From positions 6,510,001-6,574,000 of the forward strand of contig OX597815.1 in the NCBI GenBank assembly GCA_951406725.2: a stretch of DNA of 64,000 nt. Direction: 5' to 3'. Below the pieces are notes generated by a model. It did not search any database. It was not told the DNA's origin and was given only the letters and a program-made list of their open reading frames with translations. How positions within the stretch are numbered: position 1 is the stretch's first letter; each line of letters starts with the position of its first letter. This document shows, piece by piece, positions 13,926-28,222 of the stretch. This stretch comes from Octopus vulgaris. Taxonomy: Eukaryota. The translations under genes and the position numbers were made by a program.

Positions 13926-14599
13926 AATTAAGGCAAGGATCAGCGGGAATGTGTTTGGAATACGGAAACCCTGCAAGTGACATTATCGTGGAACTCTTGT
14001 GTTGCGGCCAATGGAATTTTATCAGAAGAGGAGAGTAAGAGAAGGAAGAAGAGGTGTTGTGGAGGTGGCGACGGTGCGAAGGAGGTTGCTACAGGAATGC
14101 ATGGAATGCGGAGTGACAACAGGTCGAAGACTGAGAGTCAAAGCAAGGGAAGGGAAGGGAGGGGATGGGTGGGGGAGGCCGTGTTGAAAGGGAGGTGGGT
14201 GGAATGGTGGCGAGCTACTCCGCCGCCGCCGCGCCACACACGCACCTACCTCGAGTTACCGCACCTTTGTTTTGTGTCTCGTTGCAAACGGCGTCGTTTG
14301 TTTGCAACAGAATGTGGTGGTGGTAGTGGTGGTGGTCGAGGTGGTGGTAGTGGTGGTGGTGGTCGAGGTGGTTGTGGTGGTGGTGGCAGTGGTGGTGATG
14401 GTGGTCGAGGTGGCGGCGGCGTGGGTGGGTGGGTGGTGTTGGTGGTGTGCGGGGTGACGTGGCGGTTTATGTGTGACTCCGTTTCATTTTATTCTGTACA
14501 CACACACACACACACACACACACACTCAAATATAGTGTATGCATGAGAGAGAGGGGAGAAACAGAAAGTGTATGTATGTATGTATATCTTATATATATA

Positions 14600-14630
<31 letters not shown>

Positions 14631-14727
14631 ATACAGGGCTGGGTGCAAAAGTAGGTATACAGTTATGAAAAAAGAAAACACGCACAAATACTCATTTTTA
14701 TCATAAAAATTTGAAGTTGCGATAAAG

Positions 14728-14887
14728 CAGGAGTGGCTGTGTGGTAAGTAGCTTGTTTACCAACCACATGGTTCCGGGTTCAGTCCCACTGCGAGGCATC
14801 TTGGGCAAGTGTCTTCTACTATAGCCCCAGGCCACCAAAGCCTTGTTAGTGGATTTGGTAGACGGAAACTGAAAGAAGCCTGTCGTA

Positions 14888-14972
<85 letters not shown>

Positions 14973-15178
14973 TTGTGTGTCTGTGTTTGTTCTCCCTAGC
15001 ATTGCTTGACAACCGATGCTGGTGTGTTTACGTCCCCGTCACTTAGCGGGTCGGCAAAAGAGACCGATAGAATAAGTACTGGGCTTACAAAGAATAAGTC
15101 CCGGGGTCGAGTTGCTCGACTAAAGGCGGTGCTCCAGCATGGCCGCAGTCAAAATGACTGAAACAAGTAAAAGAGAGT
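14728..15178 (+). mobile_element. Full SINE family A
   Basis: Head, internal (TA)n and tail as in other copies. Confidence 0.93.
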
Positions 15179-15589
15179 ATTATCATGTTTCGTATTTGGA
15201 TTTGGTTTGCAAGATTCTTTATGTGAGTTCGTGTGTTGAAGCATATTCTGTTGCGTACTGGGGGTCGATCTAATCGACTGGCCCCCTATCAAAAAATTTC
15301 GGACTTTACGCTCTAGAGTAGAAAAGAATCCTTAATTCATTAAAAATTATCAGCACATTAAATTAGCCTCATTTTTGATATTTTCTGTGTCGTTAATCCT
15401 AATACATTTATCATAATTATAATAATATTCTGTTGTGTCTGGGGAGAGTCATTCTGTTTTTGGTGCCTTATGATTTAACACACTCACTGGTAAAATTTCC
15501 ATTAATTTATTTTTCTAAAATTTCCGTTGCGTCTTGCAACCTTTTCAATAGTCGTCGACTCCTCAACAAGTATTGAAAACGTTGCAAAG

Positions 15590-15885
15590 ATGAAAAGCAA
15601 AATCGACCTCTGCGGAATTTGAACTCAGAACATAACGGCAGATGAAATACTTATTTCTTTACTACCCACAAGGGGCTAAACACAGAGGGGACAAACAAGG
15701 ACAGACAGAGAGATTAAGTCGATTACATCGAGCCCAGTGAGTAACTGGTAATTTATTTATCGACCCCGAAAGGATGAAAGGCAAAGTCGACCTCGGCGGA
15801 ATTTGAACTCAGAACGTAACGGCAGACGAAATACCGCTAAGCATTTCGCCCGGCGTGCTAACGGTTCTGCCAGCTCACCACCTTT
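15590..15885 (-). mobile_element. SINE family B (head unit plus partial second unit)
   Basis: Family motifs; junction GAAATAC/TTATTTCTTTAC at about 15650. Confidence 0.9.
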
Positions 15886-15913
15886 AACGAATTACGTATT
15901 ATAATAGCATCCC

Positions 15914-15962
<49 letters not shown>

Positions 15963-16132
15963 CACACACACGTGTGTGTGTGACGGGATTCTTTCAGTTT
16001 CCGTCAACCAAATCCACTCACAAGGCTTCTGGTCGGCCCAAAGCTATAGTAGAAAACATTAGTCCAAGGTGCCACGCTGTGGGACTGAACCTGGAACCAT
16101 GAGGTTGGGAAGCAAGCTGCATACAGCCAGCG

Positions 16133-16207
<75 letters not shown>

Positions 16208-16342
16208 GTACATATATACAATCATATATACATACATACATACATACATATATATGTATGTATGTATGTATGTATGAATGTATGTATGTATGTATGCATG
16301 CATGCATGTATGTATGTATGTATGTATGTATGTATGTATGTA

Positions 16343-16375
<33 letters not shown>

Positions 16376-16404
16376 GTGTGTATGTATGTAAGAGAGAGAG
16401 AGAT

Positions 16405-16680
16405 GGTGGAGACGCATGGCTCAGTGGTTAGAACGTCGGGTTTACAATCAAGAGGTAGTGAGTTCGATTCCCGGACCAGTCTGTGTGTTGTGCTCTTGAA
16501 CAAGACACTTTATTTCACGTTGCTTCCCTTTCACTCATCTGTAGAATTGAGTTGCAGCATCACTGGTGCCAAGCTGTATCGGCCCCTTTGTCTCTCCCTT
16601 GGGTATCACGAGTGGTCTGGAGAAGGGAGGCTGGTATGCATGGGCGACTTCTGGTCTTCCATAAACAAGTCTTCCACCTT
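16405..16680 (+). mobile_element. tRNA-derived SINE family E
   Basis: A box TGGCTCAGTGG, B box GAGTTCGATTCC, body CTTGAACAAGACACTTTATTTCACGTTGCT. Confidence 0.75.
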
Positions 16681-16898
16681 AATACAGCGGCACCCAGGGA
16701 CCCCTTCGCCTATTACTGGGCTGCACGGGCGTTGGGACTTGGCCCTGCGGCTGGAGGCTGCGGTCATAGAAAGTAAGGGCCTTGATGCGCGGCCAATTTG
16801 CCCCGGGTCCGTCGTTGGGGTTTCTTGTTGCGCTTGTGCCACGGAGGGGAACTTTCTAGGTGCAATCCCATGATTATTCATAACCGAAGGGGGACTTT

Positions 16899-16989
<91 letters not shown>

Positions 16990-17405
16990 TGTATATATAT
17001 ATTTAAGTATGTATTCGAACATATGTGTGTGTGTGTGGTGGATAAAGACGTTAGCTTTAGAAGCAGAGTAGTCTCAGGTTCGGTTCCGCTAACTGTCACC
17101 CAGCTTGACCAATATTTTTCATTTGCCAGCAGAAACTGTGCGGAAGCACGCCTCCCGAGAGCGCGCGGGCGTGTGTGAGAGTGTGTAAAAAATAGATTAC
17201 AATACTGGAGACCATGGTTTCGTTCACTCCTGCTTAATCTGATTAATCGAAGCTCTGGTCCAGATCGCCAATTGAGGTATACGTTAGATAACAGATTCGA
17301 CATAATCTCCAACACGACGATGTGTTGAGCACCTATTTGTTTCTCGACCACGAAATAAACGAAAACTTTATGCAAAAATACATACAAAATTACATTTATT
17401 CAAAC

Positions 17406-17806
17406 ATAGGCGCAGAAGTGGCGGTGTTGTAAGTAGCTTGCTTACCAACCACATGGTTCCGGGTTCAGTTCCATTGCGTGGCACCTTGGGCAACTGTCTT
17501 CTACTATAGCCCCGGGCCGACCAAAGCGTTGTGAGTGAATTTGGTAGACAGAAACTGAAAGTAGCCCATCGTATATATGTATATATATATGCATGTGTGT
17601 ATATGTTTGTGTGTGTGTTTGTCCGCCCGCCAACATCGCTTGACAACCGATGCTGGTGTGTTTACGTCCTCATAACTTAGCACTTCACCAAAAGAGACCG
17701 ATAGAATATGTACTAGGCTTATAAAGAATAAGTCCCGGGGTCGAGTTGCTCGACTAAAGGCGGTGCTCCAGTATGGCCGCAGTCAAAATGACTGAAACAA
17801 ATAAAA

Positions 17807-17808
<2 letters not shown>
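17406..17808 (+). mobile_element. Full SINE family A
   Basis: Family motifs. Confidence 0.92.
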
Positions 17809-17847
<39 letters not shown>

Positions 17848-18202
17848 CACACACACACGCTGTAACATATTGACGCCAGTATGTATGTACATGTAAACAG
17901 GCACAGGCGCGCACACACACACACGAGCGCGCATACAAATCTCCCTCCCTCTCTCTCTTACCCCCTTTTCCCCCTCCACCCTTCCCTCCCACCACCACCA
18001 CCTTCAAATTCCTAATTCTGCCACATTCCTTGAAAACCTCACACATTTTCCCATTCCGTTATTCCGTTGTTCCGTTGCTCCGTTGTTCCGTTTATTGATC
18101 GGGGCGACGACATTCCAATGTCAACAGTCACAGCCACCCCCGACCCTTTCGGCATCAACACTGCACCACCTGTTATATTAAGGATACACCACACCGCCAG
18201 TT

Positions 18203-18364
18203 AACCACCAACACCACCGCCGCAACTGCTACCTCCACCACCATCGCTTCCACCATCACCACCACCACCACTACCACGACTACCTCGACGACCACCACCG
18301 CCATTAACGCCGCCGCCGCCGCCGCCGACCACCACCACCTCGACTACTACTACTACTACCACCG

Positions 18365-18396
<32 letters not shown>

Positions 18397-18450
18397 GCTA
18401 CTTCTACTATTACTACTACTACTACTACTACTACTATCACTACTACTACT

Positions 18451-18526
<76 letters not shown>

Positions 18527-18527
18527 T

Positions 18528-18574
<47 letters not shown>

Positions 18575-18781
18575 ATAATAATAATAATAATAATAATAGT
18601 ATTACTACTACCACCGCCACTGGTACTAACACCACGACTTCTGCCACCACCACCACCAACAACAACAACAACACTAACACTCCCACCACCACCACCACCA
18701 CCACCACTATTACTACTTTTATTACTACGACCCACCACCGCCATCGCCACCACCACCACTACCACCACCGCCGCCACCACC
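18203..18781 (+). repeat. (ACC)/(ACT)/(AAT) trinucleotide mosaic
   Basis: Direct reading. Confidence 0.95.
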
Positions 18782-19025
18782 TCTTAATACTGCAATCACT
18801 AAATTTCAGTCATAACAACAGCTGTTAGACACACCTTGCTGATAAGTTTTAATAACATTGAAATACACTCCATATTGTCAGACATTAGACACTCGCCCCC
18901 GCCCCCACCCCGCCCCAACACATATATTTACACCTACATAATATGTTTAATTAATTTTAAGTGATTTACATAATTGGTTTGTCTAGACAATTTTAATTAA
19001 ACTGTATTTCCATAATTCGTTAATG

Positions 19026-20080
19026 TTCTTTTATTGAAACATTCACAAGACAAAACTTGCCTCTCTACTCTCACCTGCCTCTTCAGGTGATACTTGAAGA
19101 AGTTGATGAGAGATTGACCAGAGAGGAAAGTGTTTGTCTCCAATCCTTTCAGACGCGTCCACCAGATACATTCTTTCGCTATAGCCAAAAGGATGATGAA
19201 AATAGCTCTTCCTTCCCGTTTGAAGGAAGGAAGCGCGACAATATTGACGATAGACTCGGCTGATAAACCGACTCGTCTCACACGTGACAGCAGTTGTTCG
19301 ACATAAGCCCACAGGTCGGAGATTGTTGGACACTGCACGATTGCGTGCAGAACGGTTTCGTAGCTCTAACCACTTCTCGGGCAAGTCGGCCCAGTGTTTC
19401 TCGAGCCATGCCTGTAGAGCTTATGCCGAACGGGTAACGCTTCTCAATAGCACTGCCGGGCCAGGGATCTCTGGAAGTTGTCCATAGGTTCCGTCCCGAA
19501 AGTCGTCTTGAACAGGCGGATCAGGTATTCCTCGTCGACGCCCAGGTTCGCCCCGAGATCGACGTCGTATCCCCCCTCTACTAATCCCCGATTGAATGTT
19601 TTTGTGGTGATGCAGTCGCTCAAGGTCGACCCGGGGTGGCATATTTGGTTGAAAGCAACACGGCACTCGCGGTGCCATTCGGCCTTCCTCGGCCTCTTTT
19701 TGATCCAAGACTACAGTTCGGTCATGTAGACGAGTTGCGAGAAAGTGCGCCTCACAAACGGCGACCACACCTGTTGACCGTCGTCTACATAGAGCCGGAG
19801 ATGTCGCAGTCTCAGCGCGTGTCTGCACATCATCAACCACGGCATGCCCAGCCATCCTTTTAGCAGGTGTTGGCAGTAAACGGATCGCCTGACCATCGGA
19901 ACGCTTCCTTTCCACAAGAAGCGGAAGAGGATAGTTTGGCGATAGTAAGATCGGGACAAGGCACGACAGTCAGGTGGGAGTAGATGAGAGACGCGATATA
20001 CGCGTTCGCCACCTCCTCCCGACCTTTTAGGGACAGTTTTCCTCTCGGCCCATTGCCGAGCGAGAGTGGCCACCCTACTC
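19026..20080 (-). mobile_element. L1/Tx1-clade LINE ORF2 C-terminal fragment, frameshifted, abutting (GATA)n
   Basis: LFRFLWKG..VRR....GWLGMP, ETVLHAIVQCP (zf-RVT-like) and AKECIWWTR motifs spread over several frames. Confidence 0.8.
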
Positions 20081-20382
<302 letters not shown>

Positions 20383-20395
20383 AGATAGATAAGAT

Positions 20396-20428
<33 letters not shown>

Positions 20429-20645
20429 GCTAGATAGATAGATAGATAGATAGATTGCTGTGTGTACATGTGTGTGTTTGTGTTTGTGCGTGTGTATATA
20501 CACACACAAACTTACTGTTAACAAAAGCCGAGATGTGTGGCGTTCAGTCATTCCATAAAGGAAAACTGCATTAAATATTACAAAACGTTTATGTAAAATA
20601 GACACAGAAGGACCCTAATTCTTCATCGGTTATCGACCAAAAATA

Positions 20646-20720
<75 letters not shown>

Positions 20721-20724
20721 CAAA

Positions 20725-20937
20725 ATGCGACCGCGTGTGTATCGTTGGCGATTTTTTTTTCCTCCGTCTTCCCTTCCTTGGATCTTTCCTTTTCCCCTGT
20801 TTCTGACGAAGAGCTCCGATCGAAACGTTAAATCCTCCTTCTTTCTTTCCTTTCCTGAGCGTCCAATAACACTGTACTTGTTCTACGTCCTCGCGTTGTT
20901 GTGTTTTCTCTTTGTGTTTTCATGTTTGGATTAACTT
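20725..20937 (+). mobile_element. Second copy of the hammerhead-bearing short repeat (HHR at 20799-20833), between TA-rich tracts
   Basis: GTTT-CTGACGA-A-GAGC tcc GATC-GAAA-CG-TT-AAAT. Confidence 0.75.
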
Positions 20938-20992
20938 TATATGTACATTTATATATTTATACATACATACATACATACATACATACATACAT

Positions 20993-21027
<35 letters not shown>

Positions 21028-21030
21028 GGC

Positions 21031-21061
<31 letters not shown>

Positions 21062-21194
21062 TAGATAGAGAGAGAAAGAGAGAGAGAGGGGGGAGATTTC
21101 GTTCAAAAGTTTGATGAATGACACGAGTAGTGTAATGAGCGCGTGTGTGTATGTTTGTGTGTCTATTCGCACAACAATACTCCGAATACTGCGT

Positions 21195-21500
21195 TGTTCT
21201 TCAGTTGCGTGGCACCTTGGGCAAGTGTCTTCTGCTATAGTCTCGGGCCAACTGAAAGAAGCCCGTCGTATATATATATATATGTAACTATGTATGTATG
21301 CCTTTGTCTATGTGTCTGTTCTTCACCACCGCTTGACAACCGGTGCTGTTGTGTTTACGTCCCCATAACTTGGCGGTTCGGCGAAAGGAACCGATGGAAT
21401 AAGTACCAGGCTTTTAAAATATAAATACTGGGGTTGATTGCTTCGACTAAAATTTCTTCAAGGCGGTGCCCCAGCATGGCCGCAGTCTAATAACTGAAAG
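21195..21500 (+). mobile_element. SINE family A, internally deleted
   Basis: Head and tail motifs present. Confidence 0.75.
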
Positions 21501-21584
21501 AGAAAAGATAACGTTAATGGCGTGCCTCATTCGTTCACTTCGATCGAAAATTTTTATCTGCAAATAGGAATTGTCAGAGATAGA

Positions 21585-22024
21585 ATATTCCGGACAATTT
21601 CGGAAGCCCTGTATTATTTTGGAACACACCTGTACAATTCCGGAACACACCTGCATAAATTCGAAACAGAATTGTGTAATTTCGAAACGCCCCTGTACAA
21701 TTTTGGAACGCATTTACTGAATTCCAGAACTCACCTGTATAATTCTGGAACGCATTTACTGAATTCTAGAACACACCTGTATAATTCTGGAACGCATTTA
21801 CTGAATTCCAGAACTCACCTGTATAATTCTGGAACGCATTTACTGAATTCCAGAACACACCTGTACAATTTCCACCTGAATACATTCGGAGTACACCTGT
21901 TCAATTTCGGAACTCACCGAAACAATTTCTGAATACCACTGTATAATTCCGGAACACACTTATACAATTTCAGAACATACGCGTATAAATTCGAAGCATA
22001 CCTGTATTGTTCAAAATACACCTG
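21585..22024 (+). repeat. 21-bp minisatellite with a homogenised 42-bp dimer core
   Basis: Unit about TACAATTCCGGAACACACCTG; GGAACGCATTTACTGAATTCCAGAACTCACCTGTATAATTCT repeated about 4 times. Confidence 0.9.
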
Positions 22025-22704
22025 GGGAGGAATTACAACCGTATTTCGTGGTCTGCTACCACAACAGCTCCTTTATAGGATCCAGTTAGCTCAAGACATC
22101 ATCAGGAGGAACCACGTCCGATTTCGGCCCCTACTCCTCTACCGTTTTGACGTGGCGCCCCGTCCCTTTCGGAGGTGTCTTCAGCTCTGGTGTTGGGTGC
22201 ATGTCTTCTTTCTTCTGTTCCCTGGCCTCTTCGATGTAGCGTCAACGAGTATCAGCGGGCGACTGACCGTCTTGTCAAATTTTTTCCTTTAATTCTGGTC
22301 TGTATTTCTGAAATCAATCGGGATTGTATGGCGAGTGTATAAGGGAATCTATGGTAAGTAGTTCTTCACATATTCTTTCTAGTGCGTATATTAATGTCCA
22401 GCAAATGTGCGGTGAGCATATTGATCGTGAGCTAATAGGTGTTTCTAACAGAGGGCAGGTGGCCCCGAATTTGGAGAAAGGAAACATTCGAAATATATCA
22501 AACTCCAGTATTTGACTGGTACTACCAGGACTGTTATAAGGATCACTTGGCAATCACCCTGAGGCCCCTCGGGTTTAGGATGCCAAACTACTACATGGTG
22601 TCCCAAAAGTCACTGATGGGTTTCAATTCTTAATAATTTCCTAAATTTTGTAAATAAATGCATAACATTTTGATACAATATAAAGGATATAATAGAAATG
22701 TTTA

Positions 22705-22925
22705 TGCACATGTCAAACTTTGCAACACCACTACATCACATAAGAAAAATGTCATCACTTAAATGGCAGCCATTTTCGGCTTCGCATACCCGTGCTCTTT
22801 CCAAAACTTGCACCATAACACCCTCAAGAGTTTCAGACCCCACTTCTCTGATTTCTCTATTGATGTTCTCCTTCAGTTGCACCAGGGTGTCCGATTTCTT
22901 GACGTAAATTTGTTGAGGCCCACTC
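22705..22925 (-). mobile_element. Tc1/mariner transposase C-terminal remnant
   Basis: QQIYVKKSDTLVQLKENINREIREV...VLERARVCEAENGCHL resembles the 'VY..KP..L..LK..I...R...C...G.H' transposase end. Confidence 0.7.
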
Positions 22926-23052
22926 CTGTATCCTGATGGCAATGTTGAGACCTTTGGTACCATGCAGTGGCGCCCTGTCCAAATGTTTGTCTTAAGTGAC
23001 AATGCCAAAGTTTGGAACAAGCGTTTCTAGGATTTTCCAGATGTATATTACG

Positions 23053-23390
23053 CTTTTACTCTTTTACTTGTTTCAGTCATTTGACTGTGGCCATGTTGGA
23101 GCACCGCCTTTAGTCGAGGAAATGGCCCCCATGATTTATTCTTTGTAAGCCTAGTACTTATTCTATCGGTCTCTTTTGCCGAACCGCTAAGTTACGAGGA
23201 CGTAAACACACCAGCATCGGTTGTCAAGCGATGTTGGAGGGAGGGGAGCAAACACAGACACACAAACACACACACATAAATGTATATGTGAATTAATTGA
23301 ATAGTGTTCACTTCCGGATTCTCTCACTCTGTGAAAGTCTCTAGTTCGAATCACACGTGTCTCGAGATGTGCCGAAGATTTTCTATTTTG

Positions 23391-23446
<56 letters not shown>

Positions 23447-23622
23447 TACATACACATATATACGACGGGCTTCTTTCAGTTTCCATTTACCAAATCCACT
23501 CACAAGGCTTTGGTCGGCCCGAGGCTATAGTAGAAGACACTTGCCCAAGGTGCCACGCAGTGGGACTGAACCCGAAACCATGTGGTTGGTAAGCAAGCTA
23601 CTTACCACACAGCCACGCCTGC
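23053..23622 (-). mobile_element. Full SINE family A with about 100 bp of foreign sequence in its internal microsatellite
   Basis: Family motifs; unique 23289-23392 lies between the (CA) and (TA) tracts. Confidence 0.9.
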
Positions 23623-24229
23623 GCGTATATATAAATATATATATATATATACGTTTAAATATTGGCTAAACTGGCAAAATGACCATTCCTAAATACAACA
23701 ATATATATATATATATATATATTTCTCGCTTTGGCTCCAGGGACTAGAGTCCTAACCCTTTAAGTTTCTTCCAGTCGCTTATATGTCACATTGTATCGAT
23801 CTCCCTTGTGTAGCTTCGCTGGATCGCCTCGAATTGCATCGTTAATTTTACACTGTTTGTTGACCATAGTTAGGAGCAGCAATCTAGACGGCTGAGAACG
23901 AAAGTCCTCCAGAGGACCATCATGGTCCCCTTTTCTCTTGTTTTGAAATTTCGAAGGATCCACACGGCCAGACGTCTGCTTTTTTTTTAAAGTACCTTAC
24001 TCGAAAGGTTGTAGAAAAACTACCTCAGAATGTATCATCTTAACCTATGCCTGCATGGAAAAACAAACATAAAAACAATGATAATGGCAATGACACACAC
24101 ATACAATGGGCTTCCACGCAGTTTCTACTTACCAAATAGTCAACATGAACCTAGATTAGAAGACACCATTGTGCTATAAAGAGGAATTGAACCCAGAATA
24201 TGTGTGTGCGTGTGTATGCGTGTGGTGTC

Positions 24230-24294
<65 letters not shown>

Positions 24295-24517
24295 GTGTGT
24301 GTGTTTGTCCCACACCACTGCTTGACAACCGATGCTGGTTTGATTACGTCCCCGTAACTTAGCGGATCGGCAAAAAGACAAATAGTAAATAAACTAAGTG
24401 CCAGGCTTTAAAAAGTAAGTACGCGGTTCGATTCCTACGTCTAAAAATTCCTCAAGACGGAGCTCCAGTATGGCCACAGTCTAATGATTGAAACACGTGA
24501 CAGACAAAAGATATTGG

Positions 24518-25054
24518 TGCATGCGTCTATGTGTGCGTGTATATGTGCGTGCGTGTGTGTGTGTGTGCGTGTGTGTGAGTGTATGCGCCTGTATGTATGT
24601 GTGTATATGTATGTGTGTGTGTCTGTGTGTCTGTATGTGTATATGTGTGTGCATCTGTGCGTGTGTACGTGTGTGTGTGCGTGTGTATGAGTGCATGTGA
24701 GTATGACTGTGTATGTGTATGTGTGTATGTGTAAATGTGTGTACATGTGTGTGTGTGCATACGTGTATGTATGTGTTGCGTGTGTGTGTGCCTAAGTGTT
24801 AATGTGTGTGTGTGTGTGTGTGTGTGTGGTCGGTTTAGTCATGGCGACGTGTTTAACGAGAGAGGTTTTAGCCGAGATTAGAGAAGATGAAGTAAATCGT
24901 GCGGAAGGAACGGCAGGAGTGAGGAGGGGTGGTCATGGGGGGAACATTGACTCACAGTAAAATAGCTAGAGACGCACGTCTGTGTACATGCACATACACA
25001 GATACATGCACACAGAGACGTACACATACATACACAGACGCATACACACACACA

Positions 25055-25102
<48 letters not shown>

Positions 25103-25234
25103 AATACATACATACACGCAAATATGTATATATATATCTGTGTGTGTGTGTGTGTGTACGTTTGTATGTGTGTATGTTCACGTTTCTATGTGTGCGTATA
25201 TATATATATATATATATATACATATATATGTGTA

Positions 25235-25266
<32 letters not shown>

Positions 25267-25301
25267 CGTATATACAGATACACACACACACATATATACA
25301 T

Positions 25302-25336
<35 letters not shown>

Positions 25337-25852
25337 CATATACACGCCCACAGGCACACACATATAGAGAAAGATACACACACACACACTCACGTGCACA
25401 TACACGCACACGAGCACACACACGCACACGCGCATACACGCACATACGCATTCATATCAATGATATAAGTTATATAAATACATAATCGCACACGCGACGG
25501 TACATGCATTTGCACGTGCTTGCGTGTTTATGTGTGTGTGTGTGTGTGTGTGTGAAAGAGAGAGGTGGGGAGAAAGTGTGTGAGAAAGAAAAATGAATGA
25601 GTGTGTGAGAAAGAAAGAAATAAAGGGAAAGAAAGAAGAACGAAAAAAGAAAATAAAGTGCGTGTGTGTGTGTGTGAGCGTGCGGGAGAGAGAGAGAGAG
25701 AAAGAGAGATAGAGATAGAAACAGAGAGAAAGAGAGGGAGAGAGAGGTAGAAACAGAGAGAAAGAGAAAGAGAGAGAGAGAGGTAGAAACAGAGAGAAAG
25801 AGAGAGAGAGAGAGGTAGAAACAGAGAGAGAGAGAGAGAGAGAGGTAGAAAC

Positions 25853-25893
<41 letters not shown>

Positions 25894-25999
25894 GAAACAG
25901 AGAGAAAGGGAGGGAGAGAGAGGTAGAAACAGAGCGAAAGAGAGAGAGAGAAACAAAGAGAGAGGGAGAAAAGGAAACGAGAGAGAGAGAGAGAGAGAG
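24518..25999 (+). repeat. Degenerate (TG)/(CA)/(TA)/(GA) microsatellite field
   Basis: Direct reading; short unique spacers in between. Confidence 0.9.
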
Positions 26000-27640
26000 A
26001 CTGCAGTTGGTGTTGGGTTAGTACATTTGTACGGAATTAGAGATGATCTCGGTGTAGGAAATGAAGATCATACACCACCATTTAATGGTAGAGGAATTCT
26101 GAGACAAGTGAACGGTTGTTTAATTGAATATGAGACGAAAATGAAAGCAGAGAAAGATACTTTATTCAAATTATTCAGCTAGATTTACAAATCAAACAGC
26201 AGCTTCGACAAAGTGTCGCTGAACGTAATTACATTATCGGCCATGTTGCCACGTCATAACAATGTCTGCCGATCGACGAAATACAAAGGTCAATAAAAAG
26301 AAAATAACAAACATCTGCTTTTAAATAACTTTTGTTTTCTTTTTTATCCTTCTGCGTCTCAATAGACAGCTTCACAGCTTCATCGTTTATTTATTAATTT
26401 AATAATCGAACAAACTAATTGTTTTCAATGGACGACCAGTTCTATTGTTTTGATTTTAAAAATATTTTCAAAAAAATCTTTAAGAAAAAGTGTTCAGTAC
26501 GAATAGAGATATGGAGGCATGCGTGGCTGCGTGGTTAAACGGTTCTCTTCACAACCTTGAGCTTACGAGTTCTGTCCCACTCTAATGATGTCTTTTATCT
26601 TAGCCTTGGGTTGACCAATGCTTTGAGAATTAATTTAGAGGACGAAGACTGTTGCTTGCAATCGAATAACACGCCATTATGGTCTGTAAACGAGCAAATT
26701 AAGGTTTTGTTGTCACGATGCATATCTGTTTCATGTTCCGCATTGAAGGAATAGTCATTCGTCATTTTCGCAACGAGCAACTCGGTTGAGATGCTATTTC
26801 TAATCGTTTCCAATTTATCTACCTTCCCCTCTAATCTATTATCCCTTTCGACAATTCTTCGATATACGCTATCGATTCTTCTTTAATGACTCCTTTCACA
26901 GGAACCCACCATCAGTCGTTGACAATCGCTCTCTTCCGTCAACTTCCGCTTAAACTGTTCACCAATCGGATCATTAGAACTTCAGCACCAAGAGCGACGC
27001 GTTTAGTACGCTGTATCTAGGATCCTATCAATGCTCCATAATTAGACGGATGATAAGTTTGGGATCCACAGTTAACTCAGATACGTTACATTGACAGGAG
27101 CCTGAATAGTCAGCTATACAGATCACAAAGTCATGATATCTGCAGCCGACCAGTCGACATTGTGGAAAAGAAAAGAAAGAATTCATTTATCTTATATTCC
27201 GCTCACTTGGCTAATTCAGGATTTTGAAGATTCCCCAAAAGTCTCCTTCAACTTTGCATAAGAGCCTTACACCTTAAAACCCCAATGTCACGCAAAATTT
27301 CCACCAACTATTGTTTATCGACTTCTATTTTGGTCTTTACAAGAAATCTGACGTTTAAGTTACCATGGTTCAATGATTTATATTTCCAACTATTAAATAG
27401 GTTTTTATCTTCTTTTTTTCTTTGCCTAAAAATTGACTTCCATCAATATCTTTGTCTTCGCTCTCCTTTTCCAACAGATTCTTTCAACAGGCGTTTGTTT
27501 ATGTCTTTCCTTTCTTATTTGCATTTCTTCGTTGCTTTCGTAAAGAAAAGGTCTGTCTGTATGTCGTTGTCATTGCGATTGTTCTGGCTGATTCTTTTTA
27601 CTTCGTTCTGGTAGTGGCTGCTGTTGTATCTGCGCTTTTA

Positions 27641-27674
<34 letters not shown>

Positions 27675-28222
27675 TTGTTGTTGTTGTTTTTTCTGTGCAA
27701 GCGGATGCTCCTTTTCGTTGGGTTTGCGAATTTAGACGTTTTTGATTTTTGTGTTGTTCTTGTGGTTGTCTGAATTCAGATGATGCTTACTTCCACATAC
27801 GTAGCATCCTAGGCCTTCGACCCTGCATCGCCACTTTCATCGATTTCCTTTCTACACCCTTCACGGAGACTAAACTCCGGAACTGTTCATTGGTCTCCGG
27901 GTGTCATTTAGATTTGGATGTCCATCAAAATGCATTCTGACCACATGTTGTTTCTAGTCACACATGCATCCTTCCATCAGTCCCTACTGTCACACAAAGA
28001 AGACGATAAACCAAAAGAACAGTGCCATCACCAATTTCCTTCATCGTGACCCTCATATAACGTCATCCTGTGTATTATGACACTAGTGGAGGCGCAATGG
28101 CCCAGTGGATAGGGCAGCGGACTCGCGGTCATAGGATCGCGGTTTCGATTCCCAGACCGGGCGTTGTGAGTGTTTATTGAGCGAAAACACTTAAATGCTC
28201 CACGAGGCTCCGGCAGGGGATG

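Noticed and set aside
21585-22024. CRISPR-like periodicity
   Set aside because: No unique spacers, no cas genes, eukaryotic context.
22030-22110. Minus-strand CTGATGA...GAAA pair
   Set aside because: No stem I complementarity and no properly placed UH site.
22155-22190. Minus-strand CTGAAGA-CACCTCC-GAAA
   Set aside because: Stem II cannot pair and stem I is absent.
22314-22633. Short ORFs in unique-looking sequence
   Set aside because: No recognisable motif or splice support; possibly an old TE remnant.
28088-28162. tRNA-like sequences (also at 16405, 44819, 56417 and 13050-13100)
   Set aside because: They are SINE heads that continue into SINE bodies or tails; no clean cloverleaf could be built.
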